Source: Octopus bimaculoides (taxonomy: Eukaryota). From it: a DNA stretch of 64,000 nt. Within the stretch, counting starts at the first letter, position 1; every line of letters starts with the position of its first letter. Shown here piece by piece: positions 1 through 10,319 of this stretch. The notes beneath the pieces are model-generated. The model had not been told where the DNA came from. It was given only the letters and a program-made list of their open reading frames with translations, and searched no databases. Position numbers and translations under genes: made by a program. The stretch covers positions 85,142,556-85,206,555 of the forward strand of contig NC_068990.1 in assembly GCF_001194135.2 (NCBI RefSeq), written 5' to 3'.

Positions 1-97
1 TCTGAACCATCAACACAACAATATTTATTTACAGAGGAAATAGGCAGCACTTCGCCCTTTGGTTGCTGAGACGCCGTCATTGATGTTGAGTGGTTAC

Positions 98-186
98 TTG
101 TCTAGCTCCAGAGTTGGAATGTTAGAAAGAGCTGTCTCCAGAGTTGGAATGTTGGAGAGAGACTGCTTGAAGACGTCAAGGCTCAT
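98..186 (-). CDS. candidate first coding exon (or uORF) of an unidentified downstream gene: MSLDVFKQSLSNIPTLETALSNIPTLELD
   Basis: gaccATG in good Kozak context ~60 bp from the NRF1 site; AA|gtaacc candidate donor at 97-96; internal 30-nt duplication with synonymous differences. Alternative ATG at 78-80 (MTASQQPKGEVLPISS, donor at 32-31). Confidence 0.45.
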
Positions 187-239
187 GGTCGGCCGGCGAG
201 AAAAGAGAATGAATAAGGGCGCGAAACTTGTATGTCGAA

Positions 240-325
240 TGACCACGCATGCGCATGAGACTCTTCCCGTGTTCCTTCCGGAACTAGTCCCTGCGCATGC
301 GTGGATAAGCTTACCGGAAATGTCG
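240..325 (-). promoter_or_regulatory. CpG-rich housekeeping-type promoter of a neighbouring gene: two NRF1-like sites and two ETS/GABP sites
   Basis: acgcatgcgcat 245-256, tgcgcatgcg 292-301, palindromic ttccggaa 276-283, accggaaat 313-321; CpG density far above the rest of the window. Confidence 0.7.
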
Positions 326-717
326 TCTGCTATTAATGCGTTACTACATATTAAATGCATTCACACTGGCCGCCAACACTTTTTTCTGCAAAATAGGGGT
401 AGCTTGTTCTGTTCAGGCTATATTATTAGCATTATCCTGCGTTTGAGAATTTAAAATCACTTCTTTAACTTTCTAAGACATCTCAACGCTTCTAAAAGCA
501 AACTTTGTTTGTTTGTTTACGTTCATCGTAATTTGAATTTAATATATATATATAATCACCTTATGGGGTACCTATATAGAAATGCATGGATTGTAGTATT
601 CTTAAATCAGTAGTCTGTAATTCTACAGTGTATCTATAGATAGATAGATAGATAGATATGTAAATATGGATTATGTATATGTGTGTATGTACGTGTGTGT
701 TTGTGTGTACAAGACAA

Positions 718-1625
718 TGATAATTTCTTTTGTAGGCACAGAATGAATTTTGGACGAGGGCGGTAGTTGGTTACATCAGTTCCAGTAATCGACTGGTATT
801 TATCGACCCCGAAATGATAAAAACCAATAATCAACCTTAGTGGAATTTGAACTCAGAATGCAAATCCAGAAGAAATGCCGCTAAACATTTTATCTGGCTT
901 GCAAATGGTTCTATTAGTTCGCCGCCTTTAGATGGAATAATAATAATTCTTTCTACTGGAAGCACAAGGCCTCAAGTTTGGGGGAAGGGATTAAGTCGAT
1001 TACATCGACCCCAATGTGTAACTGGTACTTATTTAATCGAGCCTGGAAGGACGAAAGGCAAAGACGACCTCGGTAGAATTTGAACTCAGAACGTAACGGC
1101 AGACGAAATCCCGCTAAGTATTTCGACCGGCGTGCTAACGATTTTGCCAGCTCGCTGCCTTTCTTTTTATTAATAATAATCTTTTCTACTCTAGGCACAA
1201 GGCCCGAAATTTGCGGGGAGGGGGCCAGTCGATTACATTGACCCTCAGTATACAACTGGTACTTAATTTATCAATCCCGAAAAGATGAAAGGCAAAGTCG
1301 ACCTCGGCGGAATTTGAACTCAGAACGTAGCGGCAGACGAAATACCGTTAAGCATTTAGTCCGGCATGCTAACGTTTCTGCCAGCTCGCCGCCTTTGGAC
1401 GGAATAAGAATAATAATAATAATAATAATAATGATCATACAAAGAAGAAAATGGTGCTATTTCTTTTCGTTGCAGTTAATTAATTCCAAAGTACATTATT
1501 ACTATCAAATCATTTCATCCTTCAGGTTCGATAAAATAAGTACCAGTTAAGTACTGGGCTCGATGTAATCAACTTACTCCCTCCCTTGAAATTATGGGCC
1601 TTGTGCCAAAATTTGAAGCCGATAT
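718..1625. mobile_element. cluster of four tRNA-derived SINE family C copies (~718-930, 941-1161, 1170-1395 on minus; ~1510-1625 partial on plus)
   Basis: shared core gtcgactttgcctttcatcc...gtcgataaa...agtaccag; A-box ggcgagctggcagaa, B-box gagttcaaattcc; (TAA)n spacers. Other copies ~23050-23220(+), 57340-57545(-), 63630-63850(+). Confidence 0.85.
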
Positions 1626-2164
1626 TGTATCTTCTCTAATATTAACCATATTATATTTGGACCAGAATGAATTGTAATCACTAAAGCACACACACCCCCC
1701 GCCGTTAGGGTGTGAAGCTGTTGTAATTGAGATATGTCACCTGGTGAGATGGCAGTTGATGTGTGTGTTATATTAATGTTTCATGTCTCTACATTTTTCT
1801 TGTATGCTTTTATTTATCATGTGATGTCCACTATTCGTTTTTTTAGTGTAGTTTGTAGTATCTGCGTACTGGATGGATGATTTGAAGAATGTGATATGGT
1901 CTTCCCAATTTCATAAGAGTATGATTTGAGATTTTAGATATCCTGCAATGTAATTTCTGAAATGTTTCCTGCGTGTGTGTTGTTTTTGCTCCATAAATGT
2001 AATTTATTATGTTAATATATTTGTATTGTAGTATTTTTAAATTCTATTTAAAATGTATATGTAATTGTGACTTTAGGAACAATACTTCTGTGGGGTTTTT
2101 TTTCCGATTCTTACTAGTGTTGTTGTTACTGCCAATGTTTTTGTGTCTGTAATAGCACGTATTT

Positions 2165-2494
2165 GTGGAGGGGCAATGACCCAGTTGCTAGGGTAGCGGA
2201 CTCGCGGTCGGAGGATCGCGGTTTCGATTCCCAGACCGGGCATTGTGTGGGCTTATTGAGCGAAAACACCTAAAGCTGCACGAGGTTCCGGCAGGGGGTG
2301 GTGGCGAACCCTGCTGTACTCTTTCACCACAACTTTCTCTCACTCTTTCTTCCTGTTTCTTGAGTAACTCTGCGATGGACTGGCGTCCTGTCCAACAGGT
2401 GGGGAACACATACGCCATAGAAACCGGGAAACCGAGCCCATGAGTCTGGCTAGGCTTTGAAAGGGCACATAAATAAATAAATAAATAAATAAAT
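2165..2494 (+). mobile_element. tRNA-derived SINE family B, variant tail, ends in (TAAA)n
   Basis: head ggcaatgacccagttgctagggtagcggactcgcggtcggaggatcgcggtttcgattcc; core shared with 8568-8948 and 59431-59690. Confidence 0.85.
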
Positions 2495-2732
2495 AGAATA
2501 GCAAGTATTTATGAAGGGTCTTGTAAATGGTATTCAATGTATTTGTCTGAGTATTTTCAGAAGTTTTTAAAGTTTTTTTTCACCCAGAGTCATCACGTTT
2601 ATTGCTTTCTAAGGCAACAAACGTGACGACTCTGTTTCAGTATGTTTCTATGTGATGAACTGACAGCATTTAAACAGAATTCAGACCATCGTTATCTCAC
2701 ATCTTCTTCTGGCATATATTCTGGTTGACATT

Positions 2733-2922
2733 ATATCTGCTGTTGATGACTTTTTTGACCTACAAAATGAAAGCTTCTTCATCAATGGGATCCAAACACT
2801 GCAACACTGATGGAAGAAGTGTGTGGACCACAAAGGGGATTATGCTGAAAAATAAACCTTATTTGACCACATTCCGTCAAAGTATCTCGGTTTGCTTATG
2901 AACTTTTCAGCCGACCCTCATA
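2733..2922 (+). mobile_element. mariner transposon 3' remnant with terminal inverted repeat end
   Basis: decayed translation ISAVDDFFDLQNESFFINGIQTLQH*WKKCVDHKGDYAEK*, then cttatgaacttttcagccgaccctca-TA. Confidence 0.8.
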
Positions 2923-4975
2923 CATTGGAAAAGAATTCTTATTGCATGGGTTTGTACCATTTATGTCATGTGGAATTTGGCTTCTCTTTCAACAGTGACA
3001 TGTACTTCCCCATGAAACCTGCTAACAACTAGGAGTTCTTCTTACAGCAGTGGACCTGTATAACCGTAGGGCACCAATATGCAGCTAGATGGATTGGTCT
3101 AATCTTGCCTCAGTGAATATCTTTTCATTGTATCTTTTACAGATACATGGACGGTATGATTTTAAAAGTTATGATCTATGCTGTCTCATGATGCCAATTT
3201 GCAACTGGATGTATTGTTGTTAAGTGTCAATGCTAATAAACTGAAAATATATGACCTTTTGGTTAGCCTTATCAAAATATAAGGGGAAACCCTCCTACCT
3301 GGTGAGATATATATGGTTGATGCTTAGTTTGAACTCCTACGATTTGATGTTTGTTGATGATGGTTCTGTGGCTGGAAGGTAAGAATGAATTCTAGTTCTA
3401 AAATAAGGGGTCAGGTGCAGTGCTTAACAGACTATCTGGGTGTTAGAATACAGAAAGAATGAAAGGGTGATCCTGATAATGTTTTCTCTGAGCCAGGAAT
3501 GTGTATGTATAAGTTTTGCAATTGGTGCGCAAAAGAGATTAATGTCTTCACAGGATATTGTATACAAAAGAATCAATTCAAGGTGACTGGTAAGGAACTG
3601 GCAGGTGTAGTGGATGGGTTTATGTAGATGCAATGAAACACAGATGATAAGTTCAGAAGAGCAGAGACTATTGTAGTAGTGGCTGCAAAGACAAATTGAG
3701 GGTACAATATACTGTAGGTTGAGTAATTTAAAAATATTTCTTTTTCCTTACATGAGAAGGATGAAATTCAAGACCTGGGCAGAGTCTAAACTAAAAACTA
3801 AGAGATGTAGAGAAGTACCAAACCATCAGATTCTATTATCCACTGCCAGAAACTCCAATTTGGACCAATTCCTTTTCCTTCTATGTCATCATTCAATAAT
3901 TTACCAATTTATTGTGAAGAGTGGTAGAAATGATAGGGAGCTAAACTAAATATTTGGCACTATTTACTTGCACCTTTCTATGATCTGAATCCAAATTTGG
4001 CAGAATTTGAAAGTATCAGATTTATCTTTATGTTCATAAACAAATTTTAAACGGGCATTTCTATGCCTTTTAGTCAACAGCAGAGGTTTTCTAGGAGAGC
4101 ATGACTTCAGTTCATTCCCATGAAGTTCATTGCTGATTGTTCATAGTGTAACACTAGTCCCTGAAGCTAACAAATCTTCTTGCAACTCCTTTCTGGTAAT
4201 CATTGCATTTTTTTCGATACTTCACTTCATTTTTCTTAAAGATCTAGGGGAAATCTTGCGTGGTGCACCGGATCTTATTCTGTTTTCAACAGTTCCCGAT
4301 TGTTTATATCTTTGAATAAATGAAGATANNNNNNNNNNNNNNNNNNNNNNNNNNNNNNNNNNNNNNNNNNNNNNNNNNNNNNNNNNNNNNNNNNNNNNNN
4401 NNNNNNNNNNNNNNNNNNNNNNNNNNNNNNNNNNNNNNNNNNNNNNNNNNNNNNNNNNNNNNNNNNNNNNNNNNNNNNNNNNNNNNNGTTTTGAGACTCA
4501 AAAATGACCACTGATAAGATTATTGGAACAAACGAGAAAGTTCTAGTAAAAAAAATTATTTTAACAGTATTTTGTGGCATAGAAACTCATAAATTTATTC
4601 TGTACGAATACTTTTTTCACCCCTAAATATTTATAATTGTATATAAATCCATTAGTTACTATAATTTATTAGTTTCTTTTGCATATTCTTGGTTTATGTA
4701 TGTGTATGCAAACATAGTATTGGTATATCCCATTTATGTTCATTAGAAATTAAATAGATAAAGAATTTTGACATGTACGAATATTTATTTCTCCCCACTG
4801 TATATGGACTGCATTTGTATATATATGAACTGCGTTTACTCCCCATACCAGATCATACACTGTTTTTTTTACAGTACAAGGTTATACACTGTCTGTATAC
4901 CGTAGGGCCATATAATTACTGGGGGGGGGAGCATATAATTACTAGGGCCATATAATTACTGAGTCAAATGGCAGT

Positions 4976-5300
4976 AGTGGCTGTGTGGTAAGTAGCTTGC
5001 TCACTAACCACATGGTTCCAGGTTCATGCCCACTGCGTGGCACCTTGTGCAAGTGTCTTCTACTATAGCCTCGGGCCGACCAAAGCCTTGTGAGTGGCTT
5101 AGGTAAACAGAAACTGAAAGAAGCCCGTTGTATATATGTATATGTGTGTATATGTTTGTGTGTCTGTGTTTGTTCCTCCCAATATCGCTTGACAACCGAT
5201 GGTGGTGTGTTTGCATCCCCGTAACATAGCGGTTTGGCAAAAGAGACCGATAGAATAAGTTCTAAGCTTACAAAAAATAAGTCCTGAGGTCGATTCTTTC
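4976..5300 (+). mobile_element. SINE family A (3'-incomplete)
   Basis: agtggctgtgtggtaagtagcttg...ggttc..cccactgcgtggcacc; same family as 16577 and 49370. Confidence 0.85.
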
Positions 5301-5559
5301 CTGTGGCATTCTAATCACGTATCTGTAGTAACAAAGATGCGATTCACAATGCAGTGAAGTAATGACTTAACCAGGAAAGACGTCTTGATCTCCAAACTAC
5401 ACATCCTCTGAAGTGAACCTCTTGAATACACGATGCCCTTATGACTTCAAACAACTTCTACCATGCACCTCCCCACCCATCCACGTAATTTGTTACCATG
5501 GTAACCACATATTCTACATTTTATTTAATTTAAGGCAGGAATTAATTGCAGAATAAAAA

Positions 5560-5790
5560 GAAATTCCAAATAAAAAATAACTTCTTTTATTTTGCCAAAT
5601 CATCTATATTCAATTCACGTTATTTATCAGATTTTGCTTTTCTGATGACTCGGTGACCTTATTGCAGCTGTTGGAGCTGCTGGTGTGGCCAATGTTATTT
5701 ATTCTTTCCTCTGGCTAGCAAATTCTGATGTGACATGACACACAATGCACACTTACATATATACACAGATATGTATACATACATACATAT

Positions 5791-5825
<35 letters not shown>

Positions 5826-5972
5826 CACATATGTACACACACATATATATGTATGCATATGCGTGTATGTATATATACATATGTACACACATATGTATGC
5901 TTGTATGTGCATGTATATATATATATACACATACACATCCATGCATACATATATATGTGTGTGTATATATAC

Positions 5973-6004
<32 letters not shown>

Positions 6005-6829
6005 TATATATATTTATAGCATACACACACACACATACACATATATATACATATATATATGTATATATATATATATATATACTACATACTACATAATGCA
6101 ATAGAAAAACTTAAAACAAAGTAATAATGAAAAAAACAAACAAACAAGCAAAACAGAAAAGAATTATAGATCAGAGAAAGAGAGAGAGAGAGAGAGAAAC
6201 CCAGCTTTGCTAGTTGGGTAATCGTTTAATTTCTTTCTTAATCAACTTGGTTCTTTACGATAGAAGAATTTTACAACTCAAAAAAAAAAAAGGAAAGAAA
6301 AATGTCTTATAGTTACAAAAAAAAATAATGATTTTATAATAATGATTTCATAATCTAATGGAAACATTTTCTTTTTCATTTGTGTTATTTTCTATAAAAT
6401 TGACGTCTTCATGGCTTAAGGAAACACTAAATCTAGCATCACGAGAATTGTTAGTCTTTGTTTCTTGATTATAAATTTTTTCTTTTCTTTTTCTTTTTCC
6501 ACCACAGAAGCATAATAGACAATGTGAGGCTTAACATACATACACACACATACAACAAAACAAAAAAAAAAACAACAACAAAGAAACACCAACATAGTGG
6601 GAACACAGCTAAATGTTTTCGATGTTAGACTGGTCATCCATTTTGTTCACGGAGAGTGCAACTGTCTTCATTGAAAAAACTGAAAGCCTTTTTTGGAGGC
6701 AGTTAACTGGTTTTTTTATTAACGCTCCTTGAATATAAATTCTCTGTACAAAAATTATTTATAAACAGTTGTGATACTCAGCCTGGTGATCGTTGTTAAC
6801 AGTGATTGTTTTCTTCTCTTTTTTTTTTT
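5560..6829 (-). other. probable collagen 3' UTR with candidate AATAAA signals (minus strand) at 6715-6720, 5698-5703, 5586-5591
   Basis: directly downstream of terminal exon; hexamers seen; actual cleavage site unknown. Confidence 0.45.
5750..6200. repeat. compound (TA)/(CA)/(GA) microsatellite
   Basis: direct reading; source of HTHT/IYIY pseudo-ORFs. Confidence 0.95.
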
Positions 6830-7092
6830 NNNNNNNNNNNNNNNNNNNNNNNNNNNNNNNNNNNNNNNNNNNNNNNNNNNNNNNNNNNNNNNNNNNNNNN
6901 NNNNNNNNNNNNNNNNNNNNNNNNNNNNNNNNNNNNNNNNNNNNNNNNNNNNNNNNNNNNNNNNNNNNNNNNNNNNNNNNNNNNNNNNNNNNNNNNNNNN
7001 NNNNNNNNNNNNNNNNNNNNNNNNNNNNNNNNNNNNNNNNNNNNNNNNNNNNNNNNNNNNNNNNNNNNNNNNNNNNNNNNNNNNNNNNNNNN

Positions 7093-7116
7093 TGTATACG
7101 TGTTCGTCCGGTGGCT
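7093..7116 (-). CDS. collagen terminal exon W48, visible start SHRTNTYT; remainder and stop codon inside gap 6830-7092
   Basis: ttttacag acceptor in phase 0 after DGCK; frame runs into 263 Ns. Confidence 0.75.
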
Positions 7117-7573
7117 CTGTAAAAGAGGGGAAAAAAGGTAAAAAAAAGAAAAAAAAAGGGAAGAAAGTGAATTAATTATTCTGTTCAATGGTTCTTTAAA
7201 AAAAGATAAAACAAACAAAAATACGAAAGTATGCAAAAAAAAAAAAAATCTCGCCCTCTCACAAAACAAAGACAGGCATAAACATAGAAAAGTTCCACCC
7301 AACCATACACAAACATTAATTATTCAACTTACCTTGCATCCATCAAAAGGCACTGCACTACCTACAAGATCTCTCGTCTCAAACTCATGCGCGCTGCTTC
7401 CTAGTAGAGTCAGCGCGTGTTCAAATCCTTGAGAATCCTGGTCGTACCAGGCCGCAGAATTCGAGCAGAAGTAAGTGAAGCGTTGTGTAACAAAGTTGCT
7501 GTTTAATCGCAAGAGACCTAATTGTACTCGGGAACTGTATTCAATCTGGTGGAAAGAAAAAGAATATATACAA

Positions 7574-7614
<41 letters not shown>

Positions 7615-7660
7615 AATATATAAATATATGTGTGTGTATTTATATATATGTACACAGATA

Positions 7661-7701
<41 letters not shown>

Positions 7702-9446
7702 CTCATAATGATGTGTATAGACATAATATAGTTTAATACTAATGTTTTCTAATGAAGACACAAGACCACAAATTTTATAGTATAAAGCAGTTAATTAAAT
7801 GAATTGTACTTATTGACTGGTAGTTATTATTTTTGGTTAGTTAATCGAAAGCAGAAGCAAAAATGAAAAAACCAACTTCAATAGGAATTGAACTCATATT
7901 ATATCTAATGAATGTTAACATTTAGTTCCATCATAGATGTATCATCGTTGTATCTGTTGCATCTAATACAATTTAGTCCTATCATAGATATGCCTGAAGC
8001 ATCTTCTGTGTGTAATCAGGGTAATATTTACCTTAAATCCATTTTCAATTTCGCTGAACCATTTCAGTTCCTTTTTATCTCTGTCCCATTTTCTTGGTAT
8101 AACCTTTGAAAGGAAACATAAAAATAAAGCATAAAATAAAAGGCAAATATATATAGATAAAAAGAAATACATATTAGTTTTCTGTGACTGTAAATCAAGG
8201 CCACAAATTTGTAAGATTCAACTGATTTGAACTCAGTATATAGTCAACTTTATATGGAATCTGTATATATATATGTATGCATACATACACACATACATAC
8301 ATACAGACATACATACAGACAGACAGACATACAGACATACATACATTCATACATACATACATACATATAAGCAAAAATAGCCTGTTGATGTTGTTGATAT
8401 TCCAATGAAGGAGCCTTGGATCTAGGTTAGAAATCAGCTCTTTCCTTTCTCTATTGGCAAGAATTCTTGAAATAAACCGAATAATGACATACACACACAC
8501 ACATATCTCACTATCTTGTCTCCAGCTCAGGGACAATGCCACTTTTTTCTTTCTTACATACATACATGTTGGCACTCCGTCGCTTACGACGTCGAGGGTT
8601 CCACTTGATCCGATCAACGGAACAGCCTGCTCGTGAAATTAACGTGCAAGTGGCTGAGCACTCCACAGACACGTGTACCCTTAACGTAGTTCTCGGGGAT
8701 ATTCAGCGTAAAACAGCATGACAAGGCTGACCCTTTGAATTACAGGCACAACAGAAACAGAAAGTAAGAGTGAGAGAAAGCTGTGGTGGAAGAGTACAGC
8801 AGGGTTCGCCACCATCCCCTGCCGGAGCCTTGTGGAGCTTTAGATGTTTTCGCTCAATAAACACTCACAACGCCCAGCCTGGGAATCGAAACCGCGATCC
8901 TATGACCGCAAGTCCGCTGCCCTAACCACTGGGCCATTGCGCCTCCACTACATACATACATGCATGCATGCATCAGAATTTTAACTTACAAATGGGGAAA
9001 AACACTCAGTACTTATAGTAGAGGTAATTCATTTACTGAAAGGTAAATAGATGTTGCTAGGCTGATTTTCTACTCTTATTATGTTTTTTTGTTTTGTTTT
9101 TTTTTATTAGATAGATTGGATAACATCTTACCATTCTTCTTTTTCGCAGAGGATAGACACAGGTCTCTCCATGGGCCGTCAGGTTACACCATACATGGAT
9201 TGAATCATTTAGAGCACCCATGTTAGGATCAATCCAATACCATCCTAAATTAAAACAAAATGTAATTCATTCTAAAATAAACAAACACCCATTGCAATCA
9301 TAATGTATTTTTTATGAATGTTAGAAATCAATATCATTCCTGTATTATGTCAACAGAATAACACCATCATTGTCAGCAGCAGTAGCATTGCTTTAACATC
9401 TATTTGTCCTCATCTTGTTTGTAATAATAGTAATAATAATAATAAC

Positions 9447-9501
<55 letters not shown>

Positions 9502-10285
9502 GAAATGGGAAAACTTTCAAAATACAAAGACCTGGAAATAGAGGTAACTCAAATGTGGAATCTAAAAGCAGAAACAATTCTTATCCTAGTAGGTGCCTTA
9601 GGTATAATAAAAAATTATTCAGACAAATACATAACAAAAAGACCAGGACTTACAAATATATATAACATACAGAAAATTGCACTACTGGGCACTGCACACA
9701 TCCTATGCAAAACACTTTCAATACAGTAACCATAAGAGCATCACAGCAAACCATAGCACATACCCAAGGCACACAGAGCTGCGCTCGGTAGTGCAGTGAA
9801 AGCATGTTATAATNNNNNNNNNNNNNNNNNNNNNNNNNNNNNNNNNNNNNNNNNNNNNNNNNNNNNNNNNNNNNNNNNNNNNNNNNNNNNNNNNNNNNNN
9901 NNNNNNNNNNNNNNNNNNNNNNNNNNNNNNNNNNNNNNNNNNNNNNNNNNNNNNNNNNNNNNNNNNNNNNNNNNNNNNNNNNNNNNNNNNNNNNNNNNNN
10001 NNNNNNNNNNNNNNNNNNNNNNNNNNNNNNNNNNNNNNNNNNNNNNNCTAGTAGGTGCCTTAGGTATAATAAAAAATTATTCAGACAAATACATAACAAA
10101 AAGACCAGGACTTACAAATATATATAACATACAGAAAATTGCACTACTGGGCACTGCACACATCCTATGGAAAACACTTTCAATACAGTAACCATAAGAG
10201 CACCACAGCAAACCACAGCACATACCCAAGGCACACAGAGCTGCGCTCGGTAGTGAAGTGAAAGCACGTTATAAATATAAAACTA

Positions 10286-10319
<34 letters not shown>

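Noticed and set aside
98-186. Resemblance of TLETALSNIPTLE to the CYFIP N-terminus TLEDALSNVDLLE
   Set aside because: CYFIP is highly conserved and continues ELPLPDQQP, which is absent; the match arises from the internal duplication. No symbol assigned.
59-454. 131-aa plus-strand ORF
   Set aside because: Antisense to the promoter-proximal minus-strand exon, runs through promoter motifs and a SINE body, TTG start, no recognisable domain.
5695-6104. His/Thr-, Ile/Tyr- and Cys/Val-rich ORFs (also 30132-30366, 31527-31807, 39849-40031)
   Set aside because: Translations of di- and trinucleotide microsatellites.
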